The position numbers were made by a program, and so were the translations under genes. The notes under the pieces were generated by a model, which was not told the origin of the DNA, did not search any database, and saw only the letters and a program-made list of their open reading frames with translations. DNA of 32,000 nt from NCBI GenBank assembly GCA_028696065.1, contig JAQVHT010000003.1, positions 37,346-69,345 on the forward strand. Reading direction: 5' to 3'. Below, in pieces: positions 1 to 9,020 of the stretch (positions are counted from its first letter, which is position 1; every line of letters starts with the position of its first letter). This stretch comes from Clostridia bacterium. Its GTDB lineage: Bacteria; Bacillota; Clostridia; Caldicoprobacterales; DTU083.

Positions 1-1410
1 TTTAGGGGACATCTTGTGGCTAGGAACAATAGATACAACGCCAATGCTAACAGTTAAAACAGTATCCATAGCCTTATTTTTTATCTCTAGTGCCTCAATA
101 TCTTTACGGATTCTTTCAGCGACTTGCTCAGCTCCTTTGCAGGTAGTATTCATCAACATAACTAAAAATTCTTCACCACCATAGCGGGCGGCTAGGTCAC
201 CAGGTCTTTTTATTGAGGCACTTATGGTTTTAGCTACACTTTTCAAGACCTGATCCCCTTCTAGGTGTCCATATGTATCGTTAAAGACCTTATAGTGGTC
301 AATATCAATTGAGATTAGGGCCAAGGGACTAGCTTCCCGCATACTAAGGCTCCATGCCCTTCTATATGCTATATCAAAAGCCCTCCTGTTTCTAATCTTG
401 GTTAGACTGTCGATCATGGAAATCTGCTCAAGCTTTGCATTGGCAGCTTTTAATTGGCTGTTGGCATGCCTTAGCTCTTCTGTTCTTTGCTCCACATCTT
501 GCTTGAACTTTTTACTTAGACTTCGGTACCTAATAAATAATATGGTGGAAACCAGGGCTATTAGGACTAGAAAAGTAAATGCTGAAAGTAGTAATAGATT
601 TTTGAAATAGTCTTGGGTGATATATATGACCTGTTTGCCCTGCCATTTCCTATTTATCCTATCAATAGTCCCATCCTTTGTTGCTGCTTCAAGGCCGTCA
701 TTAATAAGGTCTAGCTTTTCCTTGTCGCCCTTTCTAACTGCAATAGCTGAATATTGGGTTACTATCGGCTTTTCAACAACCCTTATCCCCTGTATTTTGC
801 TTTGAGCCAGCTCATACTCCCCAATCCATCTATCTATAATTAGGGCATCTAATTGACCGCTAGCTAGGTCTTCAAAGGAGCTTGTCCAATCACTTATTTC
901 TATAGCTTTGATATCATTATAATCCTTGACTAGTATACTAGGATAGCTACTTGCTTCTACTCCGATATTTTTGCCCCTTAGGTCACTGAGGGTCTCTAGA
1001 CTAGTATTGTCATCTCGGGTGAAAATTGAAAATTCAGACTTCAAAAGGGGATTTGAAAAATCATAGATTATTCTTCTTTCAGGATCTGGGTTGATATGGA
1101 CTAGGCCATCTGCATGTCCACTACTGACCATTTTTTGTGCCTGATCCCAGTTTAGAGAGTGGACCTTTATCTTGTAGCCTATTTTTTCACCTATAGCTTC
1201 TGCAATATCAACCGCAATACCCTTGGTCCTACCATTCTCATTGTAAACAATGGGAGCTAGGCTCTCATTTCCAAGCAATACAAGTGTATCAGCACTATCA
1301 TCCTTCTTTGTACTTCCACTTAGTTGCAGAATGAGAAAGGAAAAAAGTAAGACTGATACAAGTAGGGCCAGGCATAGCCAGATTTTATTTTTATTTCTCA
1401 ATGTTTTCAC
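1..1410 (-). CDS. Diguanylate cyclase: N-terminal TM, periplasmic amino-acid-type solute-binding domain, second TM, coiled coil, C-terminal GGDEF domain. The 3' end runs off the window.
   Basis: Not in the supplied ORF track (GTG start, no stop inside the window). My minus-strand translation from GTG at 1410-1408 (AGGTGA 6 nt upstream) stays open to base 1. It reads MKTLRNKNKIWLCLALLVSVLLFS..LVLLGNESLAPIVYNENGRTKGIAVDIAEAIG..DRWIGEYELAQ.., then a TM (LLLLSAFTFLVLIALVSTILFI), then ..IDSLTKIRNRRAFD..DIDHYKVFNDTYGHLEGDQVL..RYGGEEFLVML. The GGEEF motif is encoded near 165-185. Confidence 0.85.
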   Translation of the reverse strand, partial: MKTLRNKNKIWLCLALLVSVLLFSFLILQLSGSTKKDDSADTLVLLGNESLAPIVYNENGRTKGIAVDIAEAIGEKIGYKIKVHSLNWDQAQKMVSSGHADGLVHINPDPERRIIYDFSNPLLKSEFSIFTRDDNTSLETLSDLRGKNIGVEASSYPSILVKDYNDIKAIEISDWTSSFEDLASGQLDALIIDRWIGEYELAQSKIQGIRVVEKPIVTQYSAIAVRKGDKEKLDLINDGLEAATKDGTIDRINRKWQGKQVIYITQDYFKNLLLLSAFTFLVLIALVSTILFIRYRSLSKKFKQDVEQRTEELRHANSQLKAANAKLEQISMIDSLTKIRNRRAFDIAYRRAWSLSMREASPLALISIDIDHYKVFNDTYGHLEGDQVLKSVAKTISASIKRPGDLAARYGGEEFLVMLMNTTCKGAEQVAERIRKDIEALEIKNKAMDTVLTVSIGVVSIVPSHKMSPK

Positions 1411-1741
1411 ATATTTCACCTATCTTAAACTCACTTTCCAAGAACATCCCATATAAAGCTGGGATAGGAACATTTGTGTTTATAAATTTTGGACCAAAAC
1501 CTTCATTATTTAAGCGACTTACTTATGAATTATTGTCGGAAGGATTATTTTAAATTTTTGTTGGCCCTTAATCAGGCTAAAGGGCAAATAGATTATAGCA
1601 TACAAGCCTGTAAACCTAAAATTTGAATGAGAAAAGAGACTACAGGACCCCTTAGTGAGCCAGCTAAAGCTAAGGGCTAACATAGGCGGCTTGGCAAAAG
1701 GATGGGCCATTTATAGATAACCCTAGCTAGCCTAAATAAAC

Positions 1742-1793
1742 AAAAAAAGTCCCTTTAGTGGACTCCTTTTGAGGTCTCGGGCTAAAGGGACTT
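1742..1793 (-). terminator. Rho-independent terminator of the ferredoxin-hcp operon
   Basis: Read on the minus strand, the stem AAGTCCCTTTAG..CTAAAGGGACTT is followed by TTTTTTT (the A-run at 1742-1748 on the plus strand). It lies 20 nt past the hcp stop. Confidence 0.7.
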
Positions 1794-1812
1794 AAGTTAT
1801 GTCTGCTTGTAC

Positions 1813-3399
1813 TTAACCGAGTATTTTCTTTAGGTCTTGCTCTGGTGTACTGATAGGAGAGATAGCAAAGTTCTCAACTAGGAAGTTTAGTACACTTTCA
1901 GAAACAAAGGCAGGTAGGGTAGGTCCTAGATATATACCCTTGATACCTAGGTAAAGTAGTGATAGGAGTATACAGACTGCCTTTTGCTCATACCAGGATA
2001 GTACAAGGGTCAAGGGTAGGTCATTGACCCCACAATCAAAGGCCTCCGCCAAGGCTAGGGCAACCTTTATTGCACTGTAGGCATCGTTACATTGACCCAT
2101 ATCCATTATACGGGGTAGTCCCCCGATCTCACCAAGCTTTAGGTCGTTAAACCTGTACTTGCCACATGCCAGGGTTAGGATAATGCTATTGTCTGGTGTC
2201 TGCTTAACAAATTCTGAATAATAGTCTCTGCCTGACCTGTTACCATCACAGCCGCCTACTAGGAAAAAGTGGCCTATTTTGCCTGTCTTTACAGCGTCAA
2301 TCACCTTGTCAGCTACTGATAATACTGTCCCGTGGCCAAAGCCTGTAATAACCTCAGCTCCTCCATTGATACCAGGGACTAGGGTGTCCTCCTCATAGCC
2401 ACCAAGTTCGAGGGCCTTTTCTATAACTGGACTAAAGTCCTTATTCTCATCTATATGGATTAGGCCTGGATATTGGACGACCTCTGTCGTAAAGATCCTA
2501 TCATTATAGCTATCTCTTACTGGCATTAGGCAGTTTGTTGTAAATAAAACTGGGCCAGGAATATTATCAAACTCCTTTTGTTGATTGTGCCAGGCAGTAC
2601 CAAAGTTACCCTTTAGGTGGTCATATTTTTTAAGCTTTGGATAAGCATGGGCTGGTAACATTTCACCATGGGTATAGATATTAATACCCTTGCCTTGGGT
2701 TTGAATTAGTAACTGCTCTAGGTCGCAAAGGTCATGGCCTGATATGACAATAAAGGGGCCCTTTTCAATTGTTTGTGGTACCACAGTAGGAACAGGAGTA
2801 CCATAGGATTCGGTGTTAGCCCTGTCTAGCATCTCCATGCAGTCTAGGTTAACCTCTCCAGTCTCCATAACTAGGGGCAAGAGCTGGTCCATATTTAGGT
2901 CCTGGCCAATTGCATTCATGCCCTTATAGAAGAAGCTATTTACCCTATCATTACTATAGCCGAGCATAAGGGCGTGATAGGCATAGGCTGCCATACCCCG
3001 TAGGCCTAAAAGTATAAGGGTCTTAAGGGACCTGATATCCTCATTGTCCTGCCACAGGTCATTCATGTCATAGTCGGGAAAGTCCTTGCTATCGACTGAA
3101 AGACCTGCACCGGAAACTAGGGAAGCCTTTTCTTGATGTACTGCATCAATAAGTAGCTCTACTGACTCATCATCAAAATTAACGTTAGTGATGGTTGTAA
3201 AAAGACCTTCTAGCATCATTCGATGGGTACTAGGTGTTGGATCTGCCTTTTGGGCTGCTCTTGCCAATCCTACTAGGGCTCCAGTTAACTTGTCCTGCAG
3301 GACTGCGTTGGATGCTGGCTTACCACAAACTCCTGCCTTGCCTGTGCAGGCTATGCCTCTTGCTGTTTGCTCGCATTGGAAACAAAACATGTTGCTCAT
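1813..3399 (-). CDS. hcp: Hydroxylamine reductase / hybrid-cluster protein Hcp
   Basis: 528 aa. The N-terminal Cys motif MFCFQCEQTARGIACTGKAGVCGK is typical of Hcp. Full-length family-like sequence. RBS AAAGGAGAG upstream. Confidence 0.96.
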   Translation of the reverse strand: MSNMFCFQCEQTARGIACTGKAGVCGKPASNAVLQDKLTGALVGLARAAQKADPTPSTHRMMLEGLFTTITNVNFDDESVELLIDAVHQEKASLVSGAGLSVDSKDFPDYDMNDLWQDNEDIRSLKTLILLGLRGMAAYAYHALMLGYSNDRVNSFFYKGMNAIGQDLNMDQLLPLVMETGEVNLDCMEMLDRANTESYGTPVPTVVPQTIEKGPFIVISGHDLCDLEQLLIQTQGKGINIYTHGEMLPAHAYPKLKKYDHLKGNFGTAWHNQQKEFDNIPGPVLFTTNCLMPVRDSYNDRIFTTEVVQYPGLIHIDENKDFSPVIEKALELGGYEEDTLVPGINGGAEVITGFGHGTVLSVADKVIDAVKTGKIGHFFLVGGCDGNRSGRDYYSEFVKQTPDNSIILTLACGKYRFNDLKLGEIGGLPRIMDMGQCNDAYSAIKVALALAEAFDCGVNDLPLTLVLSWYEQKAVCILLSLLYLGIKGIYLGPTLPAFVSESVLNFLVENFAISPISTPEQDLKKILG

Positions 3400-3468
3400 A
3401 AAATTTCTCTCCTTTTTAATGTTATATTCAGCTTACTAGTTACACAGATTTACTAAACTGCTTGTTAA

Positions 3469-4170
3469 TTAGTCAATGATTTGCCCATCAGGTGAGATCA
3501 CCTGGATCTGCCAGGGGATAAACTTACCACTATTTTTAAGAGCGGTCTTAACTGCATTTTCAAGGCCACCGCAGCAAGGAACGCTCATACGCACTATTGT
3601 GACACTCTTGATATTATTTTCTCTAATGATATGTGTGAGCTTTTCACTATAATCAGTCATATCAAGCTTTGGGCATCCTATGATTGTAACATGGTCCCTC
3701 ATAAATTTTTGGTGGAAGTCACCATAGGCAAAGGCGGTACAGTCTGCAGCAACTAAAAGTTTTGCATTATCAAAATATGGGGCATTTACTGGTACAAGCT
3801 GGATCTGTACAGGCCACTGGCCAAGCTGGCTTTGAATAGTGTCATCCCTTTTATAGTCAGGAGCTGGGCTAGGCCTAAAGCTTTGAGCGCGACTGCCTGG
3901 ACAGCCTCCTGAGAAATTGCTCTTATCTTGGCCCTTACTTTTTTTCAACTTTACAGCCTCCTTATCAAAGGGGGCAGCTTCACGCTCTTCAAAGGATATG
4001 GCATTAGTGGGACATACGGGTAGACAGTTACCAAGACCGTCACAGTAATCATCCCTTAATAGCTGGGCCTTGCCATCAACTAGACCTATGGCACCCTCTT
4101 GACATGCATTTACACATAGACCGCAACCAACACATTTATCCTGGTCAATAGTAATAATTTTCCTTTTCAT
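3469..4170 (-). CDS. 4Fe-4S dicluster ferredoxin-like protein with a C-terminal Cys-containing domain, co-transcribed with hcp
   Basis: 233 aa. Two ferredoxin-type motifs are present: CVGCGLCVNAC and a variant CDGLGNCLPVCP. RBS GAAGGAG. 69 nt upstream of hcp on the same strand. Confidence 0.85.
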   Translation of the reverse strand: MKRKIITIDQDKCVGCGLCVNACQEGAIGLVDGKAQLLRDDYCDGLGNCLPVCPTNAISFEEREAAPFDKEAVKLKKSKGQDKSNFSGGCPGSRAQSFRPSPAPDYKRDDTIQSQLGQWPVQIQLVPVNAPYFDNAKLLVAADCTAFAYGDFHQKFMRDHVTIIGCPKLDMTDYSEKLTHIIRENNIKSVTIVRMSVPCCGGLENAVKTALKNSGKFIPWQIQVISPDGQIID

Positions 4171-4333
4171 TTAATCACTCCTTCTTTTTATTAGAAAAAT
4201 AAGTCTTGATGAAATATCCTATTATATTAAACTTATCTATTACTTATAAGGATTTATTGTTAGAAAGCATGGCAGAAATTACTTTGCCTTGACTCTGACA
4301 GCTATATGATACTATACTTGTATATAGATAGCT

Positions 4334-4347
4334 GTTGTTTTTACAAC
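4334..4347. promoter_or_regulatory. Candidate FNR-architecture operator GTTGT-N4-ACAAC
   Basis: Perfect 5-N4-5 inverted repeat GTTGTttttACAAC. It lies immediately upstream of the RBS of the Crp/Fnr gene, in the divergent hcp-regulator intergenic region. Its function is inferred only. Confidence 0.3.
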
Positions 4348-4361
4348 GTAGAGGTGAGAAA

Positions 4362-5042
4362 ATGAATTATATTATAGAAATATGCAAAAGTCCCCTTTTA
4401 AATGGTATAAGCAAGGCCGATGCCATAAGACTAATGGACTGTCTTTCAGCCCAGAAAAAAGAGTTTGAGAGAAATGACTATATTTTTAGACAAGGACAGG
4501 CTGTCAGCCTAATAGGTCTTGTGATTTCTGGAAGGGTCCACGTTGTTAAGGAGGATTTTTGGGGTAATAGAAGCATTATTACTCAGATTGGTCCAGGAGA
4601 GATATTTGCCGAAGCCTTTTCCTATGCCAAGACGGACACTATACCCTTTAACGTTATAGCAGCAGAAAAAACAGTACTAATACTACTAGATGCAAAGTAT
4701 ATAATACAGACCTGTCCCAAGGCTTGTTTGTTTCATGGCAGAGTTATAGAAAATATGCTAGCTATTTTAGCTGATAAGAATATCAGGCTAACCCAAAAGA
4801 TAGACCACATAACAAAAAAGACAACTCGGGAAAAACTTTTATCCTTTCTATCTGAGTATGCTATTAGGGCAGGGTCAAGCTCCTTTTACATACCCTTTAA
4901 TAGGCAGGAGATGGCAGACTATTTGTCAGTGGACAGGAGCGCCATGTCAAATGAGCTGTCCAAGATGAGGGATGAGGGTATGCTAAAGTTTACCAAGAAT
5001 TATTTTGAGTTAAGTAGCAAGCTTAAAGCAGGTCTAGATTAG
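4362..5042 (+). CDS. Crp/Fnr-family transcriptional regulator (HcpR-like by context)
   Basis: cNMP-binding-like N-terminal domain and a C-terminal HTH (REKLLSFLSEYA..QEMADYLSVDRSAMSNELSKM). I prefer ATG 4362 (GAGGTGA 4 nt upstream) over the track's TTG 4335. Divergent from the ferredoxin-hcp operon. Confidence 0.85.
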   Translation: MNYIIEICKSPLLNGISKADAIRLMDCLSAQKKEFERNDYIFRQGQAVSLIGLVISGRVHVVKEDFWGNRSIITQIGPGEIFAEAFSYAKTDTIPFNVIAAEKTVLILLDAKYIIQTCPKACLFHGRVIENMLAILADKNIRLTQKIDHITKKTTREKLLSFLSEYAIRAGSSSFYIPFNRQEMADYLSVDRSAMSNELSKMRDEGMLKFTKNYFELSSKLKAGLD

Positions 5043-5083
5043 CTAGATGGTTGTAAAGGCGTAAATGGGCTAGGCTTGCTTAG

Positions 5084-5145
5084 GATAGATAGTATAGATA
5101 GTATAGATTGATATAGATTGATACAGATTGATATAGGTAGAGATC
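5084..5145. repeat. Degenerate tandem array of ATAGAT-containing 9-10 bp units
   Basis: agtatagat, agtatagat, tgatatagat, tgatacagat, tgatataggt. The period is 9,9,10,10,10. The array is about 50 bp upstream of sfsA. Confidence 0.6.
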
Positions 5146-5190
5146 AGCTTATAAATAGGAGAACAATCAAAAAACTATGGAGAAAGACAG

Positions 5191-5883
5191 ATGATATATA
5201 ACAATATAGTAGAGGGTATTTTTTTAAAGAGACTAAATAGATTTGTAGCCCTAGTTAAAATAAAGGGTCATGTCCAAAGGGTTCATGTAAAAAACACAGG
5301 CAGGTTAAAGGAATTATTAGTGGAAGGTGTAGAATGTTTTTTGCAGGAACACGATAGTAAAAATAGGAAAACCAAGTACTCACTTATAGGGGTTAAAAAA
5401 GGAGATAGGATTGTAAATATAGACTCCCAGGCCTCCAACAAGGTCTTTAGGGAGGCAATAGACCAAGGCCTAATCCTACCAGGCCTTGAAGGACCCATCA
5501 TACACACTAGGCCAGAGGCAAGCTTTGCAGACTCTAGACTGGATTTTTACTTAGAAACAGGCAAGGATAAGGCCTATGTAGAGCTAAAGGGCGTGACTTT
5601 AGAGCTAGGTGGAGTAGCTAAATTTCCGGATGCGCCTACCATACGAGGCGTAAAGCATATTAGGGATCTTATTAGGGCAAGAGACTTAGGCTATAAGGCC
5701 TTTGTTGTTTTTATAGTCCAAATGGAGGGGGTAGAGTATTTTTCCCCTAATGATGAAATGCATGCAGAGTTTGGTCAAGCACTAAGAGAGGCTAGTGAGC
5801 TTGGAGTAAGGGTCCTAGCCTATGGCTGTGAGCTTGGCCCAGACTCCTTGCTCTTGGGCAGGCAGCTAGCAGTCAAGCTTTAG
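5191..5883 (+). CDS. sfsA: Sugar fermentation stimulation protein SfsA (nuclease-fold DNA-binding protein)
   Basis: 230 aa. The N-terminus GIFLKRLNRFVALVKIKGHVQRVHVKNTGRLKELL and the C-terminal KGVKHIRDL motif are SfsA-like. RBS GGAGAAAG. Confidence 0.9.
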   Translation: MIYNNIVEGIFLKRLNRFVALVKIKGHVQRVHVKNTGRLKELLVEGVECFLQEHDSKNRKTKYSLIGVKKGDRIVNIDSQASNKVFREAIDQGLILPGLEGPIIHTRPEASFADSRLDFYLETGKDKAYVELKGVTLELGGVAKFPDAPTIRGVKHIRDLIRARDLGYKAFVVFIVQMEGVEYFSPNDEMHAEFGQALREASELGVRVLAYGCELGPDSLLLGRQLAVKL

Positions 5884-5890
5884 GTCTTGG

Positions 5891-7528
5891 CTATGAATTT
5901 TTATAATCAGCTTCTTCTGTCATAAGACCTAATTCACTTAACATGTTTACATATAAAACTAGCTCTTCACGGCTATTTACATTAAGCTTTGAGTATATCC
6001 TTTTACTGTGGGTTTTTATTGTGTTTATACTTAGGTAGAGGATATCTGCTATCTCTTTAGCACTATAGCCCCTAGCATAGTGGCTAAAGACCGTATATTC
6101 TGCAGGTGTCAAGCTTTCAACTCTCTCTAAGAAATTATCTAAAAGCTCTATGGAGGACTTTTCATCGTTAGGTGTCTCCACTAGCTCGTGTCTGTGTTCT
6201 AATAGGTAAACAATCAAATCATCTATTTCTGGTATCCTAGTTTTGGGGGCACAGCTTAACTTTTCAGACTTTATCATATCGATACCCCTAGATATAGGCC
6301 TTATAAACCTCCTGCTCAAGGCTAGTGACAAGGCCAAGCCTAGGAGGAAAAGTAGAATAATACATATATAAATTGCTGTATTGAGCCTTGTAACATAATT
6401 TACTATGTCCGCACTAGGGGACATGATAGCAATCACCCAATAGTCATCAGCAAAGACAGAATCCTCAGGGTAAAGGTGGATGGGCATATGCATACCAGAA
6501 AAAAATTGACCTTTATCAAGTGTATACTTATTAAGCTTATCGTTAGGCTCTTCAACCCTTAGGATATGACTGTCTGAAAAGTAGGCGTTGGCGGGATAGG
6601 CGCTGGCAATAATTGAGGATTGCATATCAAAGGCATCATCCCTTTGCCTGGTCAGAGTGGAGAAAAGACGTTTAAACTCATTGGTATTAGGTGAATAAGC
6701 CAGTTTAAATAACATGGAAGAGATTTCAAAGCCACAGACACCATAGGCCTTACCCTTATTGTCTATAAGGGGTGCTGAAATGAGCATTACTACTTCACTT
6801 GTATTAGGAAGTATAAGGGGTGCTGACCAGTAATAGAGCTGACTGAGCTTTGCATCCTTGTTTTCATTTGCAGCCTTTATAGGTAGGCTGTAGTAGGGAG
6901 CTTGGCTAACGTTAAACTCCATAGTCCATTGGGCGTGGAGGGCCAGACCCTTTTCCCTGCTTAAGGCGGGAAAGCCCCTAAGGGTCAGTAGGGTTGGCTT
7001 GCTATAGTTAATTACATTAGGCTCCATGTTTTTTATATAAAGGCCAGCCTTTGAGTCCTCTGCACCGATTAGCTTTGGATTAACTGTTGCGTCCAGGATA
7101 AAAAAGGCTCCACTTGATTTGGAACTAAGTAGGTTAAAGTAGAGGGTATTATACTGGGAGGCGACTACTGTTTCTAGCATATCAGCCTGCCCATTTAAGT
7201 CTTCTGTAGTTAGGCCTAGCTTGCTAAGCTCTTGCTGGATACCTTCAGATAGCATTTTCGAATACTCTGTCACCTGTAGTGCTATCCGACCAAAATCATT
7301 TCTTATATGAGACGAAGTATGGATTAACTCGTTACTTATTAGGGTTTCCGTTACCCTGATACCTGCAGAAAAGCTACCACTGACTATCAGGACAGCGATT
7401 ACACCTAAGACCATGGTTATTACAACTAGGGTTAGTAAAATAAAAATCCTTATACCCATGGACAGCTTTACTGGATAGCTAGCAAGACCTTTATTATTTA
7501 CTTTAGGCTTGTTACTGCTAGGATTCAT
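5891..7528 (-). CDS. Membrane-anchored one-component regulator: TM1, ~350-aa extracytoplasmic Cache-like sensor, TM2, C-terminal LuxR/GerE HTH
   Basis: C-terminus LTPAEYTVFSHYARGYSAKEIADILYLSINTIKTHSKRIYSKLNV is a LuxR-type HTH. There are two hydrophobic segments (IFILLTLVVITMVLGVIAVLIV and IYICIILLFLLGLALSLAL). A Cache-like strand motif is present (VVMLISAPLIDNKGKAYGVCGFEIS). I prefer ATG 7528 (GGGG 8 nt upstream, 16 nt after the upstream stop) over the track's 7567. Confidence 0.8.
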   Translation of the reverse strand: MNPSSNKPKVNNKGLASYPVKLSMGIRIFILLTLVVITMVLGVIAVLIVSGSFSAGIRVTETLISNELIHTSSHIRNDFGRIALQVTEYSKMLSEGIQQELSKLGLTTEDLNGQADMLETVVASQYNTLYFNLLSSKSSGAFFILDATVNPKLIGAEDSKAGLYIKNMEPNVINYSKPTLLTLRGFPALSREKGLALHAQWTMEFNVSQAPYYSLPIKAANENKDAKLSQLYYWSAPLILPNTSEVVMLISAPLIDNKGKAYGVCGFEISSMLFKLAYSPNTNEFKRLFSTLTRQRDDAFDMQSSIIASAYPANAYFSDSHILRVEEPNDKLNKYTLDKGQFFSGMHMPIHLYPEDSVFADDYWVIAIMSPSADIVNYVTRLNTAIYICIILLFLLGLALSLALSRRFIRPISRGIDMIKSEKLSCAPKTRIPEIDDLIVYLLEHRHELVETPNDEKSSIELLDNFLERVESLTPAEYTVFSHYARGYSAKEIADILYLSINTIKTHSKRIYSKLNVNSREELVLYVNMLSELGLMTEEADYKNS

Positions 7529-7544
7529 AGGGTCTACCCCTTTA

Positions 7545-8942
7545 TTAGTTATTAGCAAACTCATCAACTAGAGCCTTGTAGGCCTTATTTATCTCATGTT
7601 CCAAGGAAGGGTTTTCATTGTCAGGGTAAGTTAGGTCCTGCTGATGTATAGCCCTTAACTTACTTGCAATTTCAATAAGACTTGCTTCATAAGTATCCTG
7701 TAGCTGGGCCAGGTCTTCAAAAACAGGAGTCACAACAAGCTCATAGTCCTTTTGCATTTGCCTTGACACTTCAAGTAGCCGCTTATTTCTCTCATTTTCT
7801 ATTTCTTTAATTCCTGTAGTCATAAGGTCTTCAAAGGCCTGGCTAGTAACGGGTAAATAGCCTGTAGATGAAACAAATCTTAGGTTGTTTTCTGCTTCTG
7901 TAAACCATTTTAAAAAGCTGGCAGCGGCCTCTTCCTGGTCCTTATTTGATTTGCTTATACACATTCCTCCACCACGTTGAATAGCAACTTTAGAACCACC
8001 ATTAAAAACTGGATAGGGTAGGATAAGAAGGTCAATGGGCTCTGATGTGTTATCCTCATAGGTCACATTGGGTGGGAAGAATAGGATACCTGCAGTAGAA
8101 CCAGTAGAGCAAACTAGATCTCCTGTCTTTACTAGATCTGTAGCAAAGCCATCAAAGATTGCAAAATGGCCTTGGGATGCAGCCCTAATATATAGGTCCC
8201 AGATTCTCTTATAGGTATCTGACTGTAGATTAAGTGATCTATCTATAAAAAAATCCTGTCCTAGCTGCTTACAGCCTAAAAAAGAAAAATTAAAGAGGGA
8301 GTCTGGCATATAAAAGAACTTTCCATCATTTTCAATATCGGGAGTTTGATTATCTGTCCACTCATAATACAGGGCTGATAGTCGGGCTATGCCCTCAAAG
8401 CTAGCAAGGTCATCAATAGTTACACCAGTATCCATGGCAAACCTATTAAATATGGTGGCATTTAAAAACAAAACCTCAGTGGATTTAGCAGTAGGTAGGA
8501 CATATAGGATATCATTTAGCTGCCCCTCCATTAGAAATTCATCAATATAGCTGGACAGCTCTTGGTCAGAAAAATATTGCTCAAGATCTACAAGCAGATC
8601 TCTTTTTGCAAGCTCGATGGCAGTCTTAGGATAGGCAGTTGTTATGTCAGGCAGTGGGGGAGCTCCAGGTTCACCCTTTGCAGCCATAAGTAGCTTTTCA
8701 TGTAGGGTGTCTGAGCCAGATATGGAGGTTACATTAACAAAGACACCTTCATCTGCACCTATTGTTGAGTTAAACTCATCAATCATAAGGTCCATTGTTT
8801 CCTTCATTTGCCCGCCGTAGTTATGCCAGAGGGTTACTATTATTGGATTTTTACTGCCAGATGTAAACAAGGAGCATGACGGCAGTAGGCATATTAACAA
8901 TAAAATGGATAAGGACAAGCTGAGGTAGCGAAGCTTGCTCAT
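7545..8942 (-). CDS. Extracellular solute-binding lipoprotein (sugar-type ABC SBP family), orphan: no permease or ATPase genes nearby
   Basis: Start at ATG 8942 (AAGGTGG upstream) gives MSKLRYLSLSLSILLLICLLPSC with a lipobox Cys. The mature part begins IIVTLWHNYGG.., typical of family-1 SBPs. The track's longer 500-aa form adds an unlikely N-terminal extension. Confidence 0.85.
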   Translation of the reverse strand: MSKLRYLSLSLSILLLICLLPSCSLFTSGSKNPIIVTLWHNYGGQMKETMDLMIDEFNSTIGADEGVFVNVTSISGSDTLHEKLLMAAKGEPGAPPLPDITTAYPKTAIELAKRDLLVDLEQYFSDQELSSYIDEFLMEGQLNDILYVLPTAKSTEVLFLNATIFNRFAMDTGVTIDDLASFEGIARLSALYYEWTDNQTPDIENDGKFFYMPDSLFNFSFLGCKQLGQDFFIDRSLNLQSDTYKRIWDLYIRAASQGHFAIFDGFATDLVKTGDLVCSTGSTAGILFFPPNVTYEDNTSEPIDLLILPYPVFNGGSKVAIQRGGGMCISKSNKDQEEAAASFLKWFTEAENNLRFVSSTGYLPVTSQAFEDLMTTGIKEIENERNKRLLEVSRQMQKDYELVVTPVFEDLAQLQDTYEASLIEIASKLRAIHQQDLTYPDNENPSLEHEINKAYKALVDEFANN

Positions 8943-9020
8943 ATTAAGACCACCTTTTATAAAAGTTTTACTAGGAGAATCGACACACACATGGACTATA
9001 TAGAAATACTTGGTAAAGAA

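Noticed and set aside
398-1456. Three plus-strand ORFs (398-610, 617-805, 1250-1456)
   Set aside because: All lie antisense to a continuous 470-codon minus-strand diguanylate cyclase frame with clear domain motifs.
1519-1710. 63-aa minus-strand ORF between hcp and the cyclase gene
   Set aside because: It has no RBS and an implausible composition. It overlaps the predicted promoter and leader of the cyclase gene.
5884-5890. Convergent sfsA and LuxR-type genes separated by only 7 bp with no terminator hairpin
   Set aside because: This is real in the sequence, but I found no supporting structure (only 5-bp arms) and no way to infer a function. It is probably just compact gene packing.
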